Made by a program: the position numbers and the translations under genes. Below the pieces are notes generated by a model. That model saw nothing but the letters and a program-made list of their open reading frames with translations. It had not been told where the DNA came from and did no database searches. A DNA stretch of 64,000 nucleotides from the human T2T-CHM13v2.0 reference genome, Homo sapiens, in the NCBI RefSeq assembly GCF_009914755.1, contig NC_060938.1; one strand, given 5' to 3'. Positions 27,369 to 43,000 of this stretch are shown piece by piece; the stretch's first letter is position 1; every line of letters starts with the position of its first letter.

Positions 27369-28600
27369 CATTCATTCATTTGACAAATATTTATCTACCA
27401 TGTGTGAAACACTGGACAAACCACACAGCATCTGCTTTTAAGTTGCTTAAGGAAAGGGAGGGGTGACATCAGCGAGGGGCCACCAGTTAAGGAGTTAAGG
27501 GAATATTGTTCAGCTCAGGAAACATAAGGTCAATTTTAGGGAGCAGATTAGATTTGAGAAATTGGTTGTGTAGTTTAAGGTGAGAGCAAGTACATTTGGT
27601 GGAGGAGGAAAGACGGCACAAACCACACACAGCCGCAGCAGGTGTGGGATAGGTTTGGAGAGCAGTGCTGCATTCTGTTATTTTAGCACAGAAGATTGGA
27701 GAGCTCTCAGGGTGAAAAAGGGAGAATGGGGGATTGAGGGATGGCAGGCCGAGAGGTGGGGTGGCCTGTAGGCAGCATGGGTGTCCCGTGCTCCTGGACA
27801 TGGCCAGTGATCCCGGCCATCTTTTCCACTCACTCCGCAGAGAGCCTTGGGGTCCTTTTCCACACTGCGCACTCCACAGCCACCAATAATGCTTTGGAGT
27901 TAGCTCGTGAGGAAAACTGCTCCAAACCCTTTCTCCACATGAAGGCTAAAGAATTAGCATTTTATTCTGGAGACAATGACGGGAGAAAACAGTCTTCTTT
28001 TTCCCACTTGAAGAGGTGATATAATCAAACAAGATCTTCTGGATGGTTAATCTGCCAACAGAATCTGGAAAGAACTGGGATGGAGCAGGGCATAGGTGAG
28101 CCTGGGAGGCCAGTGATGAGAGGATTGCAGCTGTTTAGCGGGAAAAGAGGAAGCACTCGCTTAGGGAGGCAGCAGTGACGGAGCAGGAAGGAGAGGACAG
28201 AAGCAAGGGCCCCTTGGAGGGGAGAACTGGAGGGGCTGGGAAGCTCCTGGAATATTGGTGGCTGGGAGGTGGGAGAGATCAGACGGCTTGAATTTCATAG
28301 CTGAGATATGATGGTGCTCCAGCAGAGGAAGGGGCCTCAGGAGAAGCAGGCTTTAGAGGGGTACTGGATGAATTTAGTTCTGGAATACTGAGCTGGAGAA
28401 GCCAGCACTATGCTGGGGGATGGTCAGGAGAAGTTGGGAAGTGTGGGACCAAGATCAGCAAAGAAGAAGAGCTAGAAATATCCCTCTGGGAGTCATGGAC
28501 CTACAGGTGATGGTAGGAAGCATCTGATTAGACAAATCATCCAGGGAAGGTCTGTAGAGGAAGCAGAGGAGGAGAGCACAGGAAGGAAGACAGAAGACAA
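27369..28600 (-). mobile_element. L2 LINE fragment
   Basis: Starts 'cattcattcatttgacaaatatttat', followed by purine-rich degenerate antisense L2 sequence. Confidence 0.6.
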
Positions 28601-29959
28601 GGGCAGCCTGTATGTTGAACCTGTCACAGGACAAATGGTTTTTGTCTTTATCCTCCTAAGTCTAGTTGTTCCCTGCCTGTTTGAAAATATCTACTTTCAC
28701 GCATTAAAAGACTCTGGTGAATGTAGGACCCTCTCCCCAACCCAATTAACCAAGTTCAGGGAAAGACCTAAAACCCAGGTACCAGTTAACAAACATCCAT
28801 GGTTTATCTCTGTGGACACTGGCTTTTTGTTGGTATGCGGACGCAGACATGTAAACATGGCCTATGCAGATGTGCTCAAGAAACCCCCTCCTGCATGCTG
28901 GAGCCCCACGTGTTGTTTTCCTTAAAATGCCCCTTAACTGCCCCTGCAGCCTAGATGACAGAGCAAGGGAGGGAAAGCTCTGTTATCAGTGATCTGTTTT
29001 TTGTATTCCTGATCTGTTGCCATTTATAAGTGATTGAAGTTCTCTAGGGCCAGCCCAGTCCCTGCCAGGCAACCAGGTGGTGTTATGGTGTCAGAGGAAA
29101 GTTTCTGGTACAGAACCTTGGTGCAAAGGGCTTATCTACTGCTTGCTAGAGCATCTTCCATGTCTTGAAGACTGAAATGGGCCACACAGCCAGGCTTGAT
29201 CCTGAAACATGAGGGCTCCCACAGCCACAGATGCAGAGTGCTTTGGGCCTCAGGGACCAATCATTCCCACCCAGTGTTTAACCCGGTTAGCATCCTATGC
29301 ATCCCCAAGCAGGCTGCTGAAACAGATAGCAGGAGCAACTTTCTGCAGAGATGTGTGCTGAAAGCAACATCCTAATAAACACTATAACACTATACACATT
29401 CACGAACAAAGGTGGACTCCTATACTAATTGCCCGAATTTCCTTTAAAACTCACCTTGGCCATCTTTGCAGAATTTTTCAGCATCCAGATTCCTCACTGG
29501 CCACATTCCCAGCAACAATTCTGGTCCCTCTGGCTCCAGAAGGAAGTGGTCATCTGCCACTTCCTCCCCACTGTCCGTCCTCTAAGTCTCAGTCCTCTGG
29601 CTCCTCCTCCTTGCTCTGCTCTTTGCAGGATCTGCCTTGGCCTTTCTCACATTCATCGCCTCCTTGGCTGCCGGCTCCCTCTGGCCAGGCAGGGCTTCTC
29701 CTCTGCCTGCAGTGGCTTTGGGGTGGCTGCTGCATGGCTGGGGCCCCCTGCTTCTTGGCAGGTGACATTCCTGCCCTCTTGGGGAGGTCATGATGGCTTT
29801 CTTACCAGAGATGTCAACCACGCTTACTTTAGCTGGTGAAGGCACTGCCTTCATCCTTGAATTAGGCACAGGCTTTGACCTTCTGAGGGACTACAACATC
29901 TTCACTCCTTCCCAGCATTGACCTAGGAAGGTAATAATGACAAAGATTTTCATAGCCAT

Positions 29960-30310
29960 AGTATAGTAAGAACCAACATAGATTGTACTCACCATGTGCC
30001 AGGCCCTATTCTAATATCCTCACAGGGTGGACTCTTTAAATCCTTACAATAACCCTACAAGTTTTAATAGGCATTATTATTATCATCCCCATTTTATAGA
30101 TGGGGAAACTGAAGCATGGAGAGATTAAATAACTTTCTCAAGGTCCATGTAAAGCCCTGAATACCAAGACTGAAATGTGTGAAGCTCTAGACAGATGTGG
30201 CTGCTGTTATTTCTATTATTAGTTCATGTCTGCCTCTGCTTGGCTGTGATCTTGGGAAACATGCCTTGTCTTTCTCAACCTCAGTTTCCTCCTCTGTAAA
30301 GTACAGATCA
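29960..30310. mobile_element. MIR elements
   Basis: 'atccccattttatagatggggaaactgaagcatggagagattaaataactt'; 'cctcagtttcctcctctgtaaa'. Confidence 0.75.
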
Positions 30311-31099
30311 TCTATTCTAATTGTACCCTCCATGCTCTTAGCTCATCTTGTTCCTGCTTTTCTGCAGAAGGAATCCTGTTTTCTTAGAAATTCTCTTTCT
30401 CTGTTTTTTTTTCCTGAGTTTTGCAAATAAATAATTGCTTGACTGTTTTGGAAGCTTCCAGAAAGTAACAGGAAATAATGCTCTGGGGCCTTTTGTCAGC
30501 TCCCCTTTCTCTGAGAGGGCTGTGGAGTCACAGCTGCCCCAGCTCTCTCTAGGAGCCTTCATTAAACCAGCGTTTTGATGCTAAATCAATGTTTTCCAAC
30601 CAAAATTCCCTCTGGGAGAGGAGAGGAAGAGATGGGAGAGCCTGGGTCAGTCCTCAATCACACTTCTTCTCCCATTACATCTTGGATCTCCAACGCATTG
30701 GTTCCCCGCACCCTGGGATTTGCCAGAACAGAGGTTAGCATCAAGGACTCCCCCTTGACCATCAGAGGATTTCCTTTTCTTGGAATAACCACAGTGACAG
30801 AGGGTGCATTGGTTTGCTTTCCTGATCTGTTGCCATTTATAAGCAATTGAAGTTCTAAGCTTCCAGTCCCCCATTGAGACAGGCAAGCCCATGGGCTGGT
30901 CATGTGGGTTTAATACCACTGTGCTAGCAGGATGTCCTTTGATCCTGTCCTGTAAAGTCTAGGCAAATGACATCCTGGGGGCTCCGGAGGTCCCAGGCCA
31001 GGGTGCTGAAGGACAGAGTGTTGAAAAGAGAGGGCTGTCTTTGAGTACTGCAAAGCGCAATGCAGTGTCCTTGCCAAAGCAACGTGGTGGAAGCCTGCC

Positions 31100-31330
31100 T
31101 GGTATTAATAGCAACAGCAAACATTTATGGAGTGTTTACAATGTGCCAGCTGCCATGCTAAGCACCATTTAATCCTCACAATGACCCTCATAAATAGGTA
31201 TTATTATTATACCCCCACCAAGCTTTGTAGATGGGGACCCTGAGACTGAGAGAGGCTGAGCTACTTGCTGGATCACACAGCTATCGCCAGACTCCCAGCA
31301 CCAAAGCTCACACCCTTACCCCCTGCAGTC
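31100..31330. mobile_element. MIR
   Basis: 'atttaatcctcacaatgaccct...gtagatggggaccctgagactgagagagg'. Confidence 0.7.
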
Positions 31331-32645
31331 TGCTGCCTCCCTCCCCAGTCCTTGGTGCTAAGGGCCTCCCAGTGCAGATAAGGCTTGCAGAAGACAGCGG
31401 CTGAAGGGCTGCCTTGGCCCTGTTCTCGAGTTTGCTCCTCAGGGCTGGGTCTTGGTGCTGGGAATTCAGAAGCTCTGTTACCAGAGTATCTATGGGGGAT
31501 TGATCCCAGGGAAAGAATGCCTATTGATCTCACAAGAGGATTCAAGACCTCCACAAGCAGATGTTAGTATACAGGGGGACCCGTTCCAGCCACCTGCATG
31601 GTAATCCTCCTGGCAGGTGGTCTGCCCAGGAGACCACACAACATGGCAGATAGGGAAGTTGCTCAAAGGACATTTCCACTGGCAAACAACTCTTCTCTAG
31701 AGATCTCTCTGCCTGGTTTATGGATACCAGTCTTTGGAATTCAGAGTACTTTCTGTTTTGATGTTTGCTGGAGATGGTCCAGTGCATTCTTACTCACCAA
31801 GTTTTATTTTCCAGTATTCTTCCTTAGGCCTTAAACCTTCTGTTGTTACAACACTGCTTTGTGAAAACCATGGTGGAATTTCTGAGATTAGTTTTATTTC
31901 ACACCAATACATTACAAATTCTGCCTTCCAAAGAAGAAACAGAAAGGGAATTGGATTAGGAGGCAGGAAAACCCAATGCCAGGCTCAGTTCAGCCCCAGT
32001 GAGCCTTATGGTTTTGGGCAAGTCAGCCCAATGAATGGGTTGGACTAGGGGTTGGTCCAGCCATTTCCCTTCCTGCCCAGATGCCCTGGCCTCGAAGAAG
32101 CTCAGCATGGACTCCCGTCTGGGGCTGAGATGAAGTGAGGCACGTGGCTGGGGAATGAGGGTAGCAGGGCTAATGGTGGGGGTGGGGCAATTGAACAGTT
32201 CCTGACAACCAATGAGTACACGTCCAGGCTTCTTCTGAGTGAAGAGCTTTTCATGGCTGAGGGCCCACCACTGAGTCCCGTTTGGAAGAAACCCACGGGG
32301 CCGATGGCGGAGGGTCCCGCTCTGAAGCACGCGGGAAATAAGGAGGAAGAGCCAAGATGAACAGCGTGGATGCTTTTCTGGTCACCTTCATTTCACTTCT
32401 AAGCCTCAAAGTTGGTCAAGGCAATTTATTTTTAACTTCCTTGTCATGGCAGGTGGATTATAAACTACCTTCTAGAAAAGTGATTGCCAACCTAAAAATC
32501 TGAGGTTTCAGGTCCCATCAGATATTCGAACTCTTTTCAGTATTTCAGAAAATCTCTTGGAAATTGTACATTTACACAGATAATGTATTTACTAACAAAA
32601 ATGCCAAGTTTCTCTGCTCTTTGGTTAAAATGATACTATTAATTT

Positions 32646-32770
32646 GGTGTGATAACTCACACCTATAATCCCAGCACTTTGAGAGGCTGAGGTGGGTGGG
32701 TCACTTGAGCCCAGGAATTCGAGACCAGCCTAGGCAACACAGTGGGACCCCATCTCTACAAAAATAAACT
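32646..32770 (+). mobile_element. Alu left monomer (FLAM/AluJ fragment)
   Basis: 'cacctataatcccagcactttgagaggctgagg...cccatctctacaaaaa'. Confidence 0.85.
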
Positions 32771-35700
32771 TTTAAAGAAAGGATTATCCTATTAGTTCAG
32801 TGCGGTGACACTGGTGATCTCATGCTAATCTGAAGAGCTGATTGGCAGCCATTTATATTTTGAATAAGTAATAAGTAGGGAAAAGGTAATGACATACACT
32901 TATTTTTCTATCATTTACACTCTGTCCTACAAAGTAGATTGGAGTGCCTGGATTACTGCTTGAATTTTTAATTGTAGAACATTTTTCCTAACATTGGGGC
33001 CTTGGAGGAAAAACCTAAGGAAAGGAGTATGAGGAAATGAGGGGTTGGAGGGCTCTTTTGTGGTTCATTATCTCTCATCTAAAAGGTAAGTGGGGTCAGC
33101 AGAAGACATCTAGAGGCCATTTCATAAGGGGGAGATGTAGGCTTAGCTTCACAGATACCCTGCCAACTTGGGGGCACAGATAACTTCTCTCTACCCTCTA
33201 ATAAAGCCACTACATGCTTTGTGTTTATCTGGGTTCTTTAACGGTGTCATTATATAAATTTGCAAGAACTGACTCAACTCCCAACCCCTCTCTGAAACTA
33301 TACCCCATAGACCAGTCATCACTTGATTTTCTGAACGGCTGTGGCCATTTTTTCTCTACCATGTTTAGCAGGTAATTAGGCATTGCCTGGGTGTCCTCGC
33401 TAAATGTCCCTAGGTTGTACATCTCTCCTGAGACCTCATCATCGGGGTCTCTCAAATCTTTAGTAGCAGAAGATCTGAAACAGTGCCATAAATACCTTAG
33501 CATGATATAACCTTTACTATTTCAAAAATGCTGTAGTGGTCATCGCCACGCACAATCCCTACATCCATCAGGTGAGTTAAAAAGGAGGATGTTAATATCC
33601 TCATTCTACAAATGAAGAAATGGAGGCTCAGTGTGGTTAAGGGATCTATAGGCAAGTGGTGGGGCTGGAATATCAACCACTGATGTCTCATTTTCTTTCC
33701 ACTGTGCTGCCTTTCTAGGTATTCAATTCCAGGTGCAGTGGCTTTTAAACTTTATCACCTTACTTTGGTAGGACTGCAACAAATATATTTCTCAGAGGAT
33801 TCTAGTGGGTTCTGGTTGTTTCCATTGAATGGTATGGGGCCAGCCCAGGTAGCATTGAAAGTCATGCTGTGGATTTCTTTGTTTAGCAGACTTTATTTTT
33901 CCACCTGATACCTGGTCCAGCCAAGGACTGGAGAGCCTCTGACCCTACATTTCTGTTCTGCCAAGGGGACTGAAAACATAAAAGTCATGCTGGATGAATA
34001 GGGCTGCCCAGTAGGCAATGAGAAGCGAGGGCTTTTGAACAGGCAGCAATCTCCTTTTGCCTCACAGACCCCGGCTGCTTGTTGTTTGGCTGCTTTGTTT
34101 GTCTCTGTGTCACTTTCTCATCTTTTTGTAACCCTGCTGCATCCCTGAGCTCTGATGCTGGTTTCACCAAGGCAGCAGCTTCTACCCAAAGCCTCACTTC
34201 CCTTCTCAGTAGAGTCATGGGGCTGACCTGGAAGGAGGGGATTGATGCATCCTTCAAAGGCTACAAGTTCAGGCCCTGCCACTCCTGGGGCAGAAGCCCA
34301 TTTCACCAGCCAAGAGGAGGATTTTAGCTACACCTGTAGGTTGACTGCCAAGTCTCAATCCCAGGACCCCTGACACACCAACACCCACCTGGGAGGCTGA
34401 GCAAAGAATCGCTTCTTTCTGAGGCAGCCAAGTGAATAGATGGTGGGAAGCACCTGCCTGAGAAATGCATTTCTCACAGTAAATAACATTTACATGATTG
34501 TGCCTGCAAATGTCACTGTGGCATTTGCTCAGTTGAATATGGTGCCTCTGCTCTCCTGACCTTCCCCTGGCTCCAGGCCCACGATGCTCCTGGGGTCCAG
34601 GAACCCCACCTTAGGGAGGGATGCTCCCCTCAGCTCTGTCCTCTGAGGGAGAGACATTTCCTTCTTGACTTGGCAGATGTGTCTCTAGTACACATAGCAT
34701 CTGGGTTTTGAGTTAATTTTGATTCAAGCGGTCCATGTGGAGACCATGACAGTGAGGATTTTCTTGATGACCCCTTACATTTTCTATTTTCTGCCTCTCA
34801 TAAGCTGCAACCCTCATGCTGATAGGTCTTTTCCATCTATTTTTTCACTGTATTGCTATGGCACTGTGCCATGTGTGCAAGCTTCCCCGCTTTGTCTTGT
34901 AAATGTGCATTGTCTCCTTCCAAAGATGGTCAGCTCCCAGAAGAGAGACCATACCTGTTATTACACTGAGTCATCCGTACACATAAATATGCTGTGCTTT
35001 TATGTTTATAAGATCTTATGAGCATAAAGAAATATATTGAAGGGTACGTATTAAGGTGTTAACATAGATTATCTGGGTGAGGGGTGGCTAATATAGATGG
35101 AAGAAGGAGGAGAGTAGGAAAGGGTGGTTAAGCACAAAACTACTACACTTACCCGCCGACCTCATGGAAAAAATGTATCCCTGGCACATCAGTGTGACTT
35201 TGAGGGCAAAAAAAAGCGAAAGCCAAGATGATGAATTTTTTGATCACATTTATGTGAAAATATACATATGTATATGTGTAAAGAGAGTCACAGAGTAGAA
35301 TGAAGGAAGACCAAAAGAATACTGTGCACATAATAGACATTCAGTAAATATTTGGTGAATGAATGGATGCTGTGTGTGATAATTTTGTAGATTTGAAATT
35401 TCAAGCAGATAATTACTGGCTAATATTTATATTACATCCGCAATGCTCGCAGTGTGTTCTCGTAATCAGAATCACTAACGTTCTCTGGTTCATGGGTAGG
35501 GCTATCTGTCTGAGAGAGTCCCAGTTTACTCGATGGTTACCCTGTTCACCCACCAGAACTAGCTGGGGTGGTTGCTAAAGATGGAAATGACAGGGCCTCA
35601 ACCCTGCTATACTGTCTCAGCATCATGGTGGGGGAGGGAGTGGGACTTGGGAATCTGCATTTTAACAAGCATCCCAGGTGATTTTTACGCTTTTTAAAGC

Positions 35701-36475
35701 TTTGGCGCCATTGCTCTAGGCATTGTTAGTTGCCAAAGTGATATATTGCTTTTATAATTAACTTTATTCAGACAAGGCAAAACAAAGATTATTATTTACT
35801 ATATTTAAAAAATCATGCCTCATTGTCTGACCTCCCTTTGTTTTATAACTGATATTTAAAAGACCTAATTCATGTGAGCTTTCTAGTGTGTAGACAGAAC
35901 TTCAGAAGAATCCATCTAACTTGGCAGGAATCAAATACCTGAACCGAAATTAACTATCTTCTCCTGTGCCAGCTTTGTGCAGTGATCTGCCCAAGTGAAA
36001 GAATCATGGGCCTTTTGTCACCCTAAAACAAATTTCCAGAAAGAAAATGAATATATAAAACATAAAAAACCCGTGGTGAATAATATAGCCATTATACACC
36101 CAGCTTATGTTTTCTTCAAATATATTTTTTCATAAAACATTATAGGAAAAATTGTGTAGTCCCCCAACACATCCTCTTTCCCCCTTTCCCAAAGGCAACC
36201 ACTTTACTGAATTTAGTGATTTTATTACCATAACATAGTATTTGTAAATTTTTACTATGTATTATATTCATACACACAATTTGGTATAACACATCTTAAA
36301 CTTTATCTAAATAATATCATATGATATGCATTTCTCTGCAAATAGGTTTGTTTTGCCCAGTGATGTACCATGTTGACATATGTAACTCCAGCTCATTTTA
36401 ACTGTTATTAGTATGGCCTAGAGTGATATAGCGTTGTGTAGCATAGAATGATATTAGTGTAGTGTGCTGTTGTAG

Positions 36476-36782
<307 letters not shown>

Positions 36783-38796
36783 ACCATTTTTAATCTATTC
36801 TTCTTTATTAACATTTGTTTTCATTTTTATAAAACTATTATGAACACTGCTGAAATGAGCCCTTTCGGTGAATTTCTTCTGGTGTATGAGAATTTTATGC
36901 ACCTAGCAATAGACTTGCCTACATGTATGTCCAGCTTTAACAAATATTACCAAATTGTTCTCTAAAGAAATTGCATCAATTCATATAACCATTTCTTGAA
37001 TATTCCACCAAGTTTTCTGTGGCCTCAAATTTAAGAGCAGAAAACAGACATACAAGCCAAAGAAAGAAAATAGCTTTGAAAACTCATTTAATTATTGGTA
37101 GAAAGTACCAGACTGTTCTTTTTCCAATCTGGAAGTGTTTCTTCCACATGACCACCTGCCTTCAAATACAATCAGTGCATATTGGTTAAGCCCTGCCAAC
37201 TAGGCATTTGCAAGTGGAGGTCTCAAAATACACAGGCTAAAAGACTCATCCTCTGAAGTTTAAAAACTAACTGGAAAGCTAAGACATAAACTATAGATAA
37301 AAGTTAATTATTAAATAACAATTTAACAGTAAGAGAGAAGAGATATCCTTGGGCAGTACTGATTCATCACTGAATGAGTAGAGCCTGCATTAATTCTATA
37401 GGAGTTCACAAGATGGGGAAGTCAGAGCTTATGTGATTCTGATTTGCCACAGAATGGTTTCCTAGCAACCATTACTAGCTGAGAATCAGCTCACTCTGCT
37501 GTTTTGAAGCAGACCTTGCTCTGTTAGAAAAATGAGTCAAATAAATGCCAGCTTAAGGTAGAATTTCACCACGTAAAACTATATTTGAAATATATGACTT
37601 TTGAACAAAGATCTAAAGTAATTTCCTTCGCCAGAACTTAACAAAGGTGGATGTGTGGAAATGGAAGTGGCACCAGATTTAGGGACTTGGACACCTAATT
37701 TTTCTCAGGAATGGGGGTGGACAGTGGTGAGTGAAGAGGCAAAAGACAGACTCAAGGAAAGTGTGGGCGGGGAGACAACAGAACCCACATGGGAATTATG
37801 GAATTGAATAATTCCCTAGCCACACCTGGCCCAGGAAATTTTGAAGTTCTTACAGGTACAGGGTTGGGAAATTCATCATTTGCACATAATTCCTGGAGAC
37901 TTGCTTCATATCACCAGCTTCTACTTTGTCCCCAGAGACATTTCTACTTCTACTTTGTCTCCAAGAGACTGTGCATCACGTGTTTCCTGACATAGAAAAC
38001 ACGGCCTTCACCTGATGGTTTCTTTCTAGATCTCTCACCAAGTCTTACCACCTCTGAGGATGACTGAGCGGAAGAGGAAAGACCTTGAGGCTATTGTGGG
38101 AAGCAGGCCCAGGGCAGTGCTTGTTTTGAGCTTATCAGTACCTTACCATGCATTTGTTTTCGTTTTTTAACTATTGTGAACACTGCTGAAATGAACTCTT
38201 TGGGTGAATTTCTCCTGGTGTATGAGAATTTTGTAGACCTTGCCATGGACTTGTGTATGTGCATCTCCAGCACCCAGTAGAACCACACAGAGGAGGCACA
38301 ATTCATCACTGATGGAAAGAGTTTCCAAAGCAAACTCTTCCAGCTCACACATGACAGAAAGGCATTTCTTGGCCCTTCCGATAGAAATGTAGATTCCCAG
38401 AGTTCAGAGTTGAAAGACACTTTACAGTTCAAATACGTAGAATCTAAAGCAACAGACAATTCTGCCTTGTGGTTTAGTTATTACATATCTGTGCCCAACA
38501 TCTCCTGGAGAGGAAACTGCCTCCTACCTTTCCCCTTTGTACAAAAACAACAATCAGATACTCTCAGAGACATCGAAAAGGCATAGTTTAAAAAAAAAAA
38601 CCTAGTCAATAATATTGAGAATGAGATGTAAGTTAAGAGATCCTAAAAAAATTTTTTATTATTCTTAAAATCTCGTAAGGTTTTAAGTTTAGTTGAATTA
38701 AGATTAATTAGAGTTCTATTAATAATTGGTCACTTGAGCACAATTTTCCAGTACTGTAATTTCTATTACATATTGAATTTCATGGAAAGCCTTTAG

Positions 38797-39108
<312 letters not shown>

Positions 39109-39310
39109 GACAAATGTTTTGTTTCAAATGGTAGACTAAGCCATCCAAGTGCATTTTAGGTGTTCCTTGACATTTTTTTTTTTTTGATATATCAATTTTT
39201 ATGAAAAGTGATTAATTTATTTGAATGTAGTCGTAAGAGTCCAGGTCCCACCAAAGTTGGTGGGTCTCCTGGTTTCTGTCACCTGAATTCAGCCTCTGTT
39301 CTGGTGGATA

Positions 39311-40038
<728 letters not shown>

Positions 40039-43000
40039 TGGGGCTCATGTCACCTCTGAGGTGACACTGAATTGTGAATCCTGGCCAACATTCCTTCCAC
40101 CATCTGGCTCATGTGTTCCCAGTTCTAAGCAAAATACAGTCAGAAAGAAGGTACTCTATAGTCGCTTCTTAAATTAAAAAAATGGAACACCAAAAACCTC
40201 ATAAAATCCATTTCATAAGTGACTGTTAAGTATCATACTTTGTTTTGTGGGATTATGCTGAGGTTTCCACCTGAAACCTTTATTCCCGTGGCTAATGGAG
40301 ACATCTCTATAAGGCTGATTTAATCCTTTCCAATACTTCTTATTTATTTTTCATAGTGGGCCCAGCCTAATAACTGTTCTGCCTGTTAGGGAGCTGCCTT
40401 CTGCAGCAGTTTTGATGCAACACCTTTCACCGACCCCTGGAGGACCAGACAGCCAGAAGTACCTTTGGTTCACACTGATTATTAGCAGCTTAGCATCTTG
40501 AGTGCTAAGCATACTCCCCTCCTGCTGGTTAAATCCCTTGTTTTTTTCCTCTTGGTTGCACTAAGATAATCGCTAAGTATTCATCACACAAGGGCAGTGT
40601 GCTAGGTTCTGCTTTGTCAGGAAAACAGGAAGTGTTTTTTTCACTAATGCTCAGAGCCAATCCAGCATGATAGGGATTTAATGAGAGACTGGAAAGAGCC
40701 CAGCAGACAGCCAGGTATATGATGAGAGACCTGTCCCCAGTCCACTGGAAGGCCAAAGCAGCTGATACTAAGGCCCCTATGACAACTGGTATTCTTGGTA
40801 CATTTTTGAAGTTGCTGATATATTCTTTAAAAAAAGAAAAACAGAGATGAAAAAATGTACTGTCACTAAGAGTTTGGGGTTAAGTTTCTTGAGGCAGAAT
40901 AGATATGGATCCAGCCATCCATTCCTAGATAACTAATCAAGCAGTACGAAAACCTAGGAAAAAGTCTGCTTAGGCTCTTTGAGATTCTCTTGCCTATGGA
41001 CGGGGCTCTGGGGATAGCGGGTGCAGAAAGTGAAGGAGAATCCACCTGCTATTGGCTTGCTTCCTGTAGGGTAATGCTTGTCGTGGGTGATACCAAACAA
41101 CGAGAGGTCATTTTCTATGAGGAGTTTATGTAACTGGATGAACCTACCATTGAAACTTTAAACAAGGCAACTGTTGGCCACCATGCCATCAGTGGTGATA
41201 GGGGTGAAGACACAGATTTCTTACCTCCAGTACATTCTACTCCCTCTAGTTTCTAAATGAGGTATCTTAGAAAAGAAAAAGGCATAAAAGGAATCACTGA
41301 TAGCAACTTAGCACTTCTAGGCCCTGACTACCCTCCCCAGCTTCATACTGAGTCAGACTTCCGTGTTTCTCAGAAGGGAAAAAGAAACTAGAGCAAAGCC
41401 GCAGTCTCCTGCACAGCTCCAGGAACGTGCTACCCTTGACACCTGCTGTCCTATCCCGTTTTGGGGGGTGCGGGGTTGCCCAGCCTCTCTGTTTCTCTGC
41501 TGCTGTTTCAGAGACTCTGTAGTATGCATACTGGCTCCCCAAGAAAAGCCGAAGCAAAAGTGGTAATTTAGTGGGAGATCATATTCCACGGGTTGAGTCT
41601 CATGCTGTGTTGGTCCCATAGATGCAATTAGTTACCCGAACAGCAGAAAGCTTGTTCTGTTGTTGGCAGGTACTTTGGCACATCACCCATGGAACAGATG
41701 GCTACTTGTTCCACAAATTAGATTTCCAGATGATTGCATAAAAGTGTGTCATCCAGCCACTCCTTCCTTGCCCTTCCTGCCTCTCGGACGGATTGGAATG
41801 ACTCTAGGTAAATGCACTGACCTTCTGCCAATTAGCCATTCCTCTGGGTGGGAGCACAGAGGAGACAGGGTCTGAGGGAAGCAGGGGAGTCCACTCTATG
41901 CAGACACTTAATTAATCTGCATTGTGCACATCGTCTTGCCCTTTCCCTCCCACCCGCATCCCAACTTTCCCAAATGATGTATGTACTGACCTGAAGGTAC
42001 CTTGTTTCCCTTCAATCAGCCTTGATGGCCAGGTTGGAAGGGTTTTCTCTGCTCCAGGTCTACTCTTCTGAGTCATAATGCTGGGATGCAAAGAAGAATC
42101 CTGCCCCGTCGCTAAGGGGTGAAATAGGAGGGGACTTCTGCGGCAGAACTGCCCACCAGTCTCCTCCTGTCCCTGCACTCTCTTCCCAGAGGACTTACAT
42201 TTACTCTAATCAGACAAGGGGAGTCCTTTCATCATGTCCCCTCTCTATCCCAATCTCATTGACCAAAAAGGGACCAATTCTGACTGGCCAGAAGCCAATC
42301 AGATTTCCTCTCTTGGAAAATGAAGACGAAGTAATCAGGCTGCTGACTGGGATCAATGCGCAGGCGCTAGAGTGATGGTCCAGGCACGCTTGCTGCAGGG
42401 GTCTCCAAATGGGCCCAGCTCCAGGGTCTGCTTGGTCACCTTCTCCTTGGATCCTCTTAATCCAAACCTTTAGAATAAATATCCCTTTATTTAAATTCGC
42501 ACAAGTGGTTTCTGTAAGTAAAATGATTCCTCGCTTGTGCAACCCTTACCCTACTTTCTTCATCAAAGGACAGTCACAGAAACCATGTCACTGCCTTGAC
42601 TGTAACTAGTCCCCAAATCCTGAAATGTCAGATGCCCACCACTGTGCCAGGCAAAACATTCCTGAGCCAGCGCCACAGTCAGGTTCAGTCATGAATGGAG
42701 TGGGACCGTATCTGAATGTCCCTCACCTGTGCTCTACCCACTAGCGTAGATCACGTTGCTTGAGTCTTAAAACCATGACATCCGTGTTCTTTCCTCTAGT
42801 TGCCAAAGGGACCATGCTGAAGGGGCTGACCTTCTGTGTCTTGGGCTTACTCAGCGATGTTGGGGTCATCATACCAGTAGGGTTGGCTACTGATTGTACT
42901 GCTTGATTGTCTTGCCTTTACCGTAAGGTGGTTTAGAGTAGAGAGAAGCAGGGCTTCTCATGACAGAGGTAGCTTGGGACATGGATAGTCGTCCAGTGAG

